Shown piece after piece: positions 27,626 through 36,179 of a DNA stretch of 64,000 nucleotides. Source of the DNA: PVC group bacterium (GTDB lineage: Bacteria; Verrucomicrobiota; Kiritimatiellia; CAIKKV01); the NCBI GenBank assembly GCA_945898015.1, contig CAMDGM010000006.1:11032-75031 (forward strand), in the 5' to 3' direction. Below the pieces are notes generated by a model, which was not told where the DNA came from, made no database searches, and saw nothing but the letters and a program-made list of their open reading frames with translations. Made by a program: the position numbers and the translations under genes. How positions within the stretch are numbered: the stretch's first letter is position 1; every line of letters starts with the position of its first letter.

Positions 27626-28555
27626 TCAGATCCTTTTGACCGGCACACGAGTTTGGGCGGCCACTGTTTCCAGCCAGCGGCTGACCTCGGATTCATCCGG
27701 GAAGCGGCTCTCCCGCAAACGGCTTTCCTTGCCCAGCCGGTCGCACTTGGCTTCGCCCAGGGGATGGTAGGGCATCAGGTTAACCTCCTGAACATGGCGC
27801 AACCCGTTAGCCAAGTCCGCAATCGCCCGCAAATGCCCGTCCCGTGCGTTATAGCCGGGCACGAGGGGACACCGCAGCACCAGCGCCGCGCCTCGCTCAT
27901 CCAGTCGTCTCAGGTTGTCAAGTATCGCGTCAGGCGGCACGCCCGTGAACTCGCGGTGCCGGACCGGGTCCGACTCCTTGTAGTCGTAAAGAAAGACATC
28001 GGTCACCTCCAGCATTTGCTCGTACTGCTCCCAGGCGGCAAACCCGCAGGTTTCCAGACACACATGCAGTCCCGCCTCCTTGGCCGCCCGCGCCAGAGCC
28101 AGGGTGAAGGCAAACTGGGCCATCGGCTCGCCGCCCGAAAGCGTCATCCCGCCGCCCGAGGTCTCGTAGAACGGCTTGTCCTGCAGGACCTCCTGAAGAA
28201 CCGACTCCACCGTCCGGTCCTTGCCGATCACCTCCAGCGCGCGGACCGGACACGACGCGGCGCAGGCTCCGCACCGGAGGCAGCCCTCGCGACGGAAGAG
28301 CCGCCGCCCCGCCTCCATCGCCTGGCACTGGCGCGGACACGCCGCGAGACAGCGGCCGCACCCGATGCACAACCCGGGGTTCATCGCGATCTCCACGCCG
28401 CAGTCCTGTGACTCGGGGTTGTGGCACCACGCGCACCGCAACGGGCAGCCTTTGAGGAAGACCGTCGTCCGGATCCCGGGGCCGTCATGGATCGAAAACC
28501 GCTGAATATCATAGACCCAACCGGTCACGGGCGGTGGTTCGACGCCCCGGGTCAT
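27626..28555 (-). CDS. glycyl-radical enzyme activating protein (radical SAM)
   Basis: CPLRCAWCHNPES (CX3CX2C) plus two ferredoxin-type motifs, CIGCGRCLAACP and CLRCGACAASCP. Start ATG 28555 overlaps the GRE stop (ATGA). Confidence 0.85.
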   Translation of the reverse strand: MTRGVEPPPVTGWVYDIQRFSIHDGPGIRTTVFLKGCPLRCAWCHNPESQDCGVEIAMNPGLCIGCGRCLAACPRQCQAMEAGRRLFRREGCLRCGACAASCPVRALEVIGKDRTVESVLQEVLQDKPFYETSGGGMTLSGGEPMAQFAFTLALARAAKEAGLHVCLETCGFAAWEQYEQMLEVTDVFLYDYKESDPVRHREFTGVPPDAILDNLRRLDERGAALVLRCPLVPGYNARDGHLRAIADLANGLRHVQEVNLMPYHPLGEAKCDRLGKESRLRESRFPDESEVSRWLETVAAQTRVPVKRI

Positions 28556-30705
28556 AGGGTCTGCTCGGTGCGGGCGATGACCATGTCCTGCCAGTCCCGG
28601 GCCAGGGTGGCAAATCGGGCGGACCATCCCGAGACCCGCACAGACAGGTTCGGATACAGCTCCGGATGCTCCTGCGCCGCGCGCAGCAGCGCGCCGTCCA
28701 CCACATCGATCTGCATGAAGATGCCGCCCAGCCGGACAAAGGCGCGCATCAGCCCGGCTAACGCCTGGAGGCCCGTCTCCCCCCGGACGCTGGCCGGCAG
28801 GATCTTGAGGTCGAGCGCCGTGCCGCAGGGCAGCTTCGAAAAATCGACCGAGCAGTGCGACTTGATGACGGCGGTCGGCCCGCGCTGGTCGGTTCCGGGC
28901 GACGGCGAGAAGTTCGGCGCCAGGATCGCCCCCTTCTTCCGGCCGGAGGCGGTCGCCGTGCGATGCGGCAAAAAGCCCGATCCCTCGCGACCGAAGGTGC
29001 TGATGCCCGCCGGCCGCAACACCCCGTGCCGCTCCCGCGTCGCGCCCACCAGGTCCGTGAAATCATTGAAGACCCGCTGAAGCAGCGCATCGGCCTCGGC
29101 GTTGTCGTTGCCATAGAAATCAAAATCGGCCTGGATCCGCCGCCGCAGGAGTTCCTGCCCCTCCCAATCGCTCGACAGGACCTCGGCCAGCCGGGACAGG
29201 GTCAGGCTCTTCTCTTCGTAGACCAGCCGGCGAATGACCAACAGGCTGTTGGCGACGTCGGGAAGACCGCCGGCATGCGGCGACCGCACGGTATAGCAGG
29301 GTCCGCCGTCGAGATAACTGCGGCCGCGCTCCACGCACCCGTCCACAAGCAGGGAGAACAGGGGGCAGGGCGCCTTGTCGAACGGACGTTCGTCCAGCAA
29401 CCGGTTCACTTCGCGTGCCAGGCGGGACTTGAAATCGGCATAAAGGGCCTCGAAATCGGCGAAACACTCCAGCGTCCCGGCTCCCCGCGGGCGGGCGATC
29501 CACTCCGTGCATTCGGCTTTGTTCTGGCGCGGACTGGCTTCGGCCGCCGACACCCCCAGGGTCTCCTGAAGCAGCAGCAGGGCGTCGAACGGCTGATACC
29601 CAAACCGGGTCTTGCCGGGGATGAGAATTTCCCAGCATCCGTCGTTGGCGTAGTTGCGCGCCTCCTCAAGCGGATACCCGAACCGGACAAGGGACGGAAT
29701 GATGCGGTCGTCGTTGTACACCGCCACGATGCCACCGCCCAGGCGCTGAAGGGTCGCAATGCGGTGCAGGAGCCACTCCGGCGTGTCGGCGGCGATGCGC
29801 ACCGCGATCGGGAAATCGCTGATGTGGAGCTCTTCAACCACATCGAGGACCAGGCCGGTCACCTCGTTGAGCACCGGGACGCCGGCCTCATCCACGCCGG
29901 CCAGGATGATGTTCTGGTAAAACTGGGCGTCGCCGCTTCCCCGGTCCTGGGCCGTGATCCATTCGCATCCCTTGATCCAGAAGTGGGCGAGCAGTTCGCG
30001 GGCCTCGTCAATCGAGATGAGGCCGGCCTCCAGATCGCGCCGGAGGAACGGGCCGAGCATCTTGTCGATCCGGCCGAGGCCGCTCCAGTTGCCGCATAGC
30101 CGCTGGAAATCCCAGAGCAGCCAGAGCGCCTGCACCGCCTCCCGGAAGGTTTCTGGCGGATTCTCGGGAACGCGGCGCAACGCCGCCAGCACGCCGGCGT
30201 AATGGCGCTTGTCCTCTCCAGCCGAATCGGAGACGAGCTGCTCCACGGCCGCGACATAGCGGGCCTGCCAGACCGCCGCCGCCTCCAGGCAGACCCGCAT
30301 GGCGCGAAGCAGGTCCTCGCCCTCCTCATCCAGTCCGCCGCGCCGCATCCGGGCCTCGATCTCCGCCCGGATGCCCCGGTAGCCGACCTGCATCGCCTTT
30401 TCGAATCCGAGGGTCGAGTGGCTGAGCGACCCGAACGGGGTCGCCGGCATACGGTGCTGCATCGCCTCTTTCAGGGTGGCGGCGCCCACCAGCCGCTCGC
30501 CGGGCAGAATGCGCAGCGGAGCCTGGGCCGCAATCAGGCGGACGGCCTCGGCATAATGCCGGTTGGGTGTCGGCGCCTGAGCGAGAAACTCCGGAGCCGG
30601 GGTGAAGGCGACCGGCTGGATGGCGCGGCCGATCCGGCCCGACAGGTAGTGATCCGCCAGCTCGTGCGTGGCAAGGCTCAGGCGCGCAGTTTTCTTGTCC
30701 GGCAT
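28552..30705 (-). CDS. glycyl-radical enzyme, PFL2/dehydratase-lyase class, substrate unknown
   Basis: C-terminal glycine-radical motif VRVSGWSARFATL, thiyl loop YANDGCWEILIPG (C-x-E), FREAVQALWLLW block, AGGAGGA RBS. At 717 aa it is shorter than typical members. Confidence 0.85.
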   Translation of the reverse strand: MPDKKTARLSLATHELADHYLSGRIGRAIQPVAFTPAPEFLAQAPTPNRHYAEAVRLIAAQAPLRILPGERLVGAATLKEAMQHRMPATPFGSLSHSTLGFEKAMQVGYRGIRAEIEARMRRGGLDEEGEDLLRAMRVCLEAAAVWQARYVAAVEQLVSDSAGEDKRHYAGVLAALRRVPENPPETFREAVQALWLLWDFQRLCGNWSGLGRIDKMLGPFLRRDLEAGLISIDEARELLAHFWIKGCEWITAQDRGSGDAQFYQNIILAGVDEAGVPVLNEVTGLVLDVVEELHISDFPIAVRIAADTPEWLLHRIATLQRLGGGIVAVYNDDRIIPSLVRFGYPLEEARNYANDGCWEILIPGKTRFGYQPFDALLLLQETLGVSAAEASPRQNKAECTEWIARPRGAGTLECFADFEALYADFKSRLAREVNRLLDERPFDKAPCPLFSLLVDGCVERGRSYLDGGPCYTVRSPHAGGLPDVANSLLVIRRLVYEEKSLTLSRLAEVLSSDWEGQELLRRRIQADFDFYGNDNAEADALLQRVFNDFTDLVGATRERHGVLRPAGISTFGREGSGFLPHRTATASGRKKGAILAPNFSPSPGTDQRGPTAVIKSHCSVDFSKLPCGTALDLKILPASVRGETGLQALAGLMRAFVRLGGIFMQIDVVDGALLRAAQEHPELYPNLSVRVSGWSARFATLARDWQDMVIARTEQTL

Positions 30706-30719
30706 GCTATCTCCTCCTG

Positions 30720-30783
30720 TTTCATATACAATAGACCGAATCTCGTACGGAATCCATTGACAGGCATATCCATTTCATATACA
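30720..30783. promoter_or_regulatory. pair of 11-bp direct repeats in the GRE/AraC divergent intergenic region (candidate operator)
   Basis: TTTCATATACA occurs at 30720-30730 and again at 30773-30783, 53 bp apart. A perfect TTGACA at 30757-30762 precedes the second repeat, which could serve as a -10 (TATACA, 15-nt spacer). Confidence 0.3.
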
Positions 30784-30814
30784 GAACTATTGATCGTTAA
30801 ACGAAAGGTCGACC

Positions 30815-31666
30815 ATGAATCCGATCGAGGCCATACCGATCCAGGCGTTGACGGTCGAGCTGTGCACAGCCGGCAGTCTCGACAGCCTGCTCGCCGGGGT
30901 GGCGCATCGCAAAACCTGTCCATACACCATTCTGGCCCAGGCGGTTCAGGGACGCTATGAGATCACCTGCGGCGACGGACGGCACGAGACCCTGGCCGAA
31001 GGCGAGGCGTTCCTGACCGGCGCGAACCTCCCGCTGCATATTCTCCATCACGGCGACCCGAAAAAGGCCTTCCGCATGCGGGCCCGGTGGATCCACATTC
31101 ATTTCACGATCTTTGGCGCCCTGGACGTGACATCGTTGCTGGCCCTGCCGCTGCGGGTGACCCGGCGACAAGGCGAGCCCTTCGCCGCCGTGATCGAGGC
31201 TCTCCTGCAGGACCGTCAAACGCCGAAAACCTCGGTGGCATGGCTGGCGCATCGCCATGAACTGGCGTTTCGAGCCCTGCGCCTGCTGGGCGAACTGGCG
31301 CCGTGGCGGGAGAACGCCCTGGAACGGCTCCGTCATAAAGACCGGCTGGAGCCTGTCCTCGCGTTCATGAAGGAGCACCTGGCGGACACGCTGACCGTCG
31401 CCGACCTGGCCCGGAAAGCCAACCTCTCACCTCCCCGGTTTCACGCATTTTTCAGGGAACTCATGGGGCGATCGCCCATGCACCATCTGAAACAGCTTCG
31501 ACTTTCGGAAGCCTGCCGCCTGCTGGCGGCCGACCGCGAACCCCTCCGGGTCGTCGCCGCGAAATCGGGATTCTGCAACGAGTTCCACCTCAGCCGGGAA
31601 TTCCGGGCCGTATTCGGAAAACCGCCCGGCGGCTGGCGCCGGGAGTATGATCGCAACCTGGCCTGA
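30815..31666 (+). CDS. AraC-family transcriptional regulator
   Basis: C-terminal double HTH LTVADLARKANLSPPRFHAFFRELMGRSPMHHLKQLRL...GFCNEFHLSREFRAVFGKPP, and a cupin-like N-terminal half. Confidence 0.85.
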   Translation: MNPIEAIPIQALTVELCTAGSLDSLLAGVAHRKTCPYTILAQAVQGRYEITCGDGRHETLAEGEAFLTGANLPLHILHHGDPKKAFRMRARWIHIHFTIFGALDVTSLLALPLRVTRRQGEPFAAVIEALLQDRQTPKTSVAWLAHRHELAFRALRLLGELAPWRENALERLRHKDRLEPVLAFMKEHLADTLTVADLARKANLSPPRFHAFFRELMGRSPMHHLKQLRLSEACRLLAADREPLRVVAAKSGFCNEFHLSREFRAVFGKPPGGWRREYDRNLA

Positions 31667-31676
31667 CCGCCAGGCT

Positions 31677-32040
31677 CATCTCTGAGTTTTGGCACGTTCT
31701 CTTTGCGATTGTGTTGTCAGTTGAGCTGAGTTCGGCGTTTCGGCCGCGGGCTGGTGCGCGACTACGGCTTCCATGAGGAAGCCCGTTCGGCAAAAAGAAG
31801 GACAGTCAACGGGCTGTTCTTGGGGAACCAACTCGCGCGCCGCCCGAGGCACATCGGCAGATGGCCAGGGCGCGCGATGGCTCGGGGGGTGTGCCGTTTC
31901 GATCAGGCGGACCTGGCCGAGTTGATTTTGAGGCGTAGGCGGTTGACGGCGATGCGACGTGGCCTATAGGCCCGGCGCATCCAGCCGGAAACCGGATACG
32001 CCCAAAAGCAACCGGCAGGGGACGCCCGAAACGGCGCAAC
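31677..32040. repeat. copy B of the ~360-bp GC-rich noncoding element (single-module form)
   Basis: Aligns with 4456-4538 plus 4711-4986. It begins 11 nt after the AraC stop codon. The right-hand inverted repeat is not recognisable here. Confidence 0.8.
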
Positions 32041-32135
32041 CGGAACAACCCGCCACCAACCTCAACCCTGCGGCTCGGACAACGCCTCGCCTTACAGACA
32101 TTCACACCGGACTGACAACGAATCGTGTCAAACGT

Positions 32136-33110
32136 TCACGCACCCGTTCGCGGATTGAACTCCGTTTTCGCGGCCACCTGCTCCCACAGCTTCCGCTGCT
32201 CCGCCGTCACCTGCGCCGGCACCTGGATGGACACCACGGCGTACAGGTCACCCCGAGTCCCGCCGGCCACCGGCAGGCCCAGGCCCCGCAACCGGAATTG
32301 ACGACCCGCCACCGTGCCTGCCGGGATTTTCAGGGACGCCGGACCATCCAGCGCCGGGATGGACACCGTGGCGCCGAGGATCGCCTCCCACGGGGACAGC
32401 TCCAGCTCGTGATGCAGGCTGGAACCGCGCACCCGGAAATCGGGATGACTCGCAAACTTAACGCGTAAATACAAATGGCCGGGCTCGCCCCCGCCGATCC
32501 CTTCCTGACCCTTGCCGGCCAGCCGGATGCGCTGCCCGTCCCGGACGCCGGGCGGAATCTTCACCGCCAGCGTCTGGATGGCCGACTGCCCCGTGCGCGG
32601 ATCCGGGCGCTGAAGCCGGATCGTGCGCGTCGACCCGCCCACCGCCTCATCGAGCGTAACCACGATGTCGCTCTCGATGTCCTGTCCGCGCTGGGCCATC
32701 GGTTCGTCGCCAAACCCATACGCCCCCCCGCTCCGGCCGGCGCCGCCAAAATCGCGCCCGCCGCGGCCGAAGAACTGCTCGAAGAAATCGCTGAACCCCG
32801 TGCCTTCGAAATGAAACTGGGAACCCTCCTCGAACCCGCGGCCGGAAAACCCCCGCTGCCGGGCGGCCTCCCGCTCGGGATGATTCCAATTAGCCCCCAG
32901 TTCGTCGTATTTCCGCCGCTTATCCGGATCGCTGAGCACCTCGTTGGCCTCGTTGATCTCCCGGAACTTCTCCTCGGCCACCCGCTTGTCCTTGGCCACG
33001 TCGGGATGGTATTTGTTCGCGAGCGTGCGGAACGCCTTCTTGATGTCCGCTTCGCTGGCGCTGGACGGAACGCCCAGCACCTCATAATAATCTTTGAATT
33101 TAACGGCCAT
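32136..33110 (-). CDS. cbpA: J-domain co-chaperone, CbpA type (no zinc-finger region)
   Basis: [32 protein letters not shown]-domain, a G/F-rich linker, DnaJ C-terminal domains, no CxxCxGxG repeats. CAGGAG RBS. Confidence 0.75.
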   Translation of the reverse strand: MAVKFKDYYEVLGVPSSASEADIKKAFRTLANKYHPDVAKDKRVAEEKFREINEANEVLSDPDKRRKYDELGANWNHPEREAARQRGFSGRGFEEGSQFHFEGTGFSDFFEQFFGRGGRDFGGAGRSGGAYGFGDEPMAQRGQDIESDIVVTLDEAVGGSTRTIRLQRPDPRTGQSAIQTLAVKIPPGVRDGQRIRLAGKGQEGIGGGEPGHLYLRVKFASHPDFRVRGSSLHHELELSPWEAILGATVSIPALDGPASLKIPAGTVAGRQFRLRGLGLPVAGGTRGDLYAVVSIQVPAQVTAEQRKLWEQVAAKTEFNPRTGA

Positions 33111-33139
33111 GCGTCACTCCTGAAAAACAAGGGGCTTGC

Positions 33140-33949
33140 TCATGAATAGCTCTGGGCATCGGCGGGAAAACGGCCCGTCCGGACCTCGTCGCGATAGGCG
33201 GACAAAGCCTGGCGCATGACGGCGCCCACCTCGCCATAGCGCTTGACGAATTTCGGAACCGCCTCCGCCGGCGTCATGCCGAACATATCGTGACAGACCA
33301 GAATCTGGCCATCGCAATCGGGGCCCGCCCCGATGCCGATGGTGGGCACGCGAACCGCGGCGGTCAATTCCGCCCCCAGCTCGCGGGGCACGCACTCCAG
33401 CACAATGGCGAACACGCCGGCCTTTTCGAGCGCCCGGGCATCCGCCAGCAGCCGCTCCGCCTCTTCCGGGCGGCGGCCCTGGACCTTATACCCGCCCAGC
33501 TCCCGCAGGCTTTGCGGCGTGAGCCCGATGTGCCCCAGCACGGGAATCCCGTTCTGCACCAGCGCGGTAATGGTATCCGCCCGCAGCGCCCCGCCCTCCA
33601 GCTTCACCGCCCCCACCCCGCCCTCTTTCACGAACCGGCCCGCGTTCTGAAGCGCCTGCTCGCGGGACACCTGATAGGACATGAAAGGCATGTCCCCCAC
33701 CACCAGGGCCGACCGGACCGCGCGCGACACCGCCGCACTGTGGTCCAGCATCTGCTCCAGGGTCACAGGCAGGGTCGTCTCGTACCCGAGCATGGCCATG
33801 CCCAGCGAATCGCCCACCAGCACCAGCGGAAGGGCCGCCTCGTCCACCAGCCGGGCGGTGAAATAGTCATACGCGGTCAGGCACGCGAATTTTTCGCGCC
33901 CCTTGAGCGCCTTGATTTTGGACGCCGTCCATTTCACGATGTCTGCCAT
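33140..33949 (-). CDS. panB: 3-methyl-2-oxobutanoate hydroxymethyltransferase
   Basis: CLTAYDYFTARLVDEA...LVGDSLGMAMLGY...GDMPFMSYQ hallmark blocks. GGGAGG RBS. Confidence 0.9.
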   Translation of the reverse strand: MADIVKWTASKIKALKGREKFACLTAYDYFTARLVDEAALPLVLVGDSLGMAMLGYETTLPVTLEQMLDHSAAVSRAVRSALVVGDMPFMSYQVSREQALQNAGRFVKEGGVGAVKLEGGALRADTITALVQNGIPVLGHIGLTPQSLRELGGYKVQGRRPEEAERLLADARALEKAGVFAIVLECVPRELGAELTAAVRVPTIGIGAGPDCDGQILVCHDMFGMTPAEAVPKFVKRYGEVGAVMRQALSAYRDEVRTGRFPADAQSYS

Positions 33950-33965
33950 GGAGCCTCCCGTTTCG

Positions 33966-34463
33966 TTACCAATCTCCGTTCCACACCCGCACGCCGTCCA
34001 GGGGCAGGGCCGCCAGCGCCTCGCGCACGGTTCGCCGGCTTCCCGGCGGCGCCAGGTCCGGCCTCACGCCGGCCAGCGGCTCCAGCACAAACCGCCGGAC
34101 GCTCCACCGCGGATGCGGCACCACCAGGTCCGGCTCGTTGACTGTGCAGGAACCCGCATAAAGAATGTCGATGTCGAGAGGCCGGGGGCCATTCCGCACG
34201 CCCGGCTTCCGGCCGGCGGCCTTTTCAATGCCCCGGGTCGCGGCCAGCAAGTCCCGCACGGAGCCCGGCCATTCCACAATGACCACGGCGTTTAAAAAAG
34301 TCCGGTTCCGGAAATCCTCCGGCACATCGACCGGCTCGGTGTCATAGACGCGGGACTTGGCAAGAACCTGCAGCCCGGGCAACGCCGCGAGCCGGCGAAC
34401 CGCCTGACGCAGGTGGCCCATCCGGTTGCCCCGGTTGGATCCCAGGCTCAACCCCGATTCCAT
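33966..34463 (-). CDS. folK: 2-amino-4-hydroxy-6-hydroxymethyldihydropteridine diphosphokinase
   Basis: LSLGSNRGN...FLNAVV...GPRPLDIDIL...VPHPRWSVRRFVLEPL HPPK pattern. Confidence 0.9.
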   Translation of the reverse strand: MESGLSLGSNRGNRMGHLRQAVRRLAALPGLQVLAKSRVYDTEPVDVPEDFRNRTFLNAVVIVEWPGSVRDLLAATRGIEKAAGRKPGVRNGPRPLDIDILYAGSCTVNEPDLVVPHPRWSVRRFVLEPLAGVRPDLAPPGSRRTVREALAALPLDGVRVWNGDW

Positions 34464-34470
34464 AGGTCCT

Positions 34471-35274
34471 CTACTTCAGGCCCAGCACGTCCTGCATATC
34501 GTACAACCCGGGCGCGCGGCCCGTCACCCACCGCGCGGCCAGCACCGCGCCGGGCGCGAACGCTTCCCGGCCCGACGCCCGATGGGTCAATTCCACACGC
34601 TCCCCCGCCGCGGCAAAAAGCACCGTGTGGTCGCCCACCACGTCCCCGCCCCGGATGGCGTGAATGCCGATTTCACCCCGGGGCCGTTCGCCCGTGATGC
34701 CGTGTCGGCCATACACCGCCACCCGGTCCAGCTCCTGCTGCCGGCCCGCGGCCGCGGCTTTGGCCAGACTCAAGGCCGTGCCGCTCGGCGCGTCCTTCTT
34801 GAAATGGTGATGAGCTTCGACAATCTCAATGTCGTAGTCCGGGCCCAGCGCCTTGGCGGCCTGCTGCACCAGTGAAAAAAGCAGGTTCATGCCCAGGCTG
34901 TAGTTGGAGGCCCAGACCACCGGCACGTGCGCGGCCACCTCGCGAACCCGGGCGGACTCGGCGGCATCGAGACCCGTCGTGCCGAGCACCAGGGCCTTGC
35001 CCAGTTCGGCGCACAGCGCCGCGTTACCGGGCGCCGCCGTATGAAAGGTGAAGTCGATCGCCACATCCGCCGCCATCAGCGCGGCCCGGGTATCGGCGCC
35101 AATCCGCACACCGATGTCCCCGATTCCGGCGGCCAGGCCCGCGTCCCGCCCCACCCAGGGATTGGCGGGAATCTCCACGGCGGACACCAGCGCCACGCCC
35201 TCCGCCGCGCGGCTGGCGCGCACCAGCGCCTGGCCCATGCGGCCGGCTGCTCCCACTATTGCCACCTTGATCAT
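34471..35274 (-). CDS. dapB: 4-hydroxy-tetrahydrodipicolinate reductase
   Basis: MIKVAIVGAAGRMGQ... and EIVEAHHHFKKDAPSGTAL. Start trimmed from ORF-track 35499 to ATG 35274 (GGGAGA RBS). Confidence 0.9.
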   Translation of the reverse strand: MIKVAIVGAAGRMGQALVRASRAAEGVALVSAVEIPANPWVGRDAGLAAGIGDIGVRIGADTRAALMAADVAIDFTFHTAAPGNAALCAELGKALVLGTTGLDAAESARVREVAAHVPVVWASNYSLGMNLLFSLVQQAAKALGPDYDIEIVEAHHHFKKDAPSGTALSLAKAAAAGRQQELDRVAVYGRHGITGERPRGEIGIHAIRGGDVVGDHTVLFAAAGERVELTHRASGREAFAPGAVLAARWVTGRAPGLYDMQDVLGLK

Positions 35275-35291
35275 ACCGTCTCCCGTTTCGC

Positions 35292-36164
35292 TCAGCCCGT
35301 GACGAGCCCGAGCGCCGCCAATGTGCTCCGAAGTTTCGCGCGGGGACCGGGCGCCATCTCGCAGAGCGGCAACCGGTAAACCTCCTCGATCAGCCCGGCC
35401 ATGGCCATGGCCGCCTTCACGGGAATCGGATTGGTGTCCAGGAACAGATCGGTGAACAGCGAAAACAGCCGGTCGTGCATCACCCGGGCTTTCAGCCACT
35501 CATTATTCCGGGCCGCACGAACCATCTCCGCCACGGGCCCGGGCGCAATGTTGGACGCCACGCTGATCACCCCCTCGGCCCCGCACACCATCATGGGCAG
35601 GGTCAGGGAATCGTCCCCGCACAGCACGGTCATGCCGCAGGCGGCCCGGATCCGGCTGACCCGCTCCACGCTGCCCCCGGCCTCCTTGACCGCCACCACC
35701 TTGGGGTGCCGGGCCAGCTCCGCGACTGTCGCCACCTCGATTTCCCGGCACGACCGGCCGGGCACATTGTACAGCACCACGGGCAGTCCGAGATCGGCCA
35801 CGGCCGAAAAATGCCGGATCAGGCCTGTCTGACTGGGCTTGTTGTAATACGGCGTCACCTGCAGCGTGCCATCGGCGCCAACATCCATCGCGTGCCGGGT
35901 CAATTCGATGGCTTCGGACGTGGCGTTGCCGCCCGTGCCCGCAATCACCTTCGCCCGGCCGCGGGCGGCCTTGACGACCACCTCGATGACCTTTTTGTGC
36001 TCGTCATAATCCAGCGTGGGCGATTCGCCGGTGGTACCCACGGGCACCAGGCCGTCAATGCCGGCCGCCAGTTGCAACTCCACCAGCTCCTGGAGCTTGC
36101 GGTAATCCACGGCGCCCGCAGACGTGAACGGCGTCACGAGCGCGGTATATGTTCCTTCAAACAT
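35292..36164 (-). CDS. dapA: 4-hydroxy-tetrahydrodipicolinate synthase
   Basis: TALVTPF...GLVPVGTTGESPTL...YNKP...LYNVPGR pattern. AAGGAG RBS. Confidence 0.9.
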   Translation of the reverse strand: MFEGTYTALVTPFTSAGAVDYRKLQELVELQLAAGIDGLVPVGTTGESPTLDYDEHKKVIEVVVKAARGRAKVIAGTGGNATSEAIELTRHAMDVGADGTLQVTPYYNKPSQTGLIRHFSAVADLGLPVVLYNVPGRSCREIEVATVAELARHPKVVAVKEAGGSVERVSRIRAACGMTVLCGDDSLTLPMMVCGAEGVISVASNIAPGPVAEMVRAARNNEWLKARVMHDRLFSLFTDLFLDTNPIPVKAAMAMAGLIEEVYRLPLCEMAPGPRAKLRSTLAALGLVTG

Positions 36165-36179
36165 GACACAGACTCCTTG

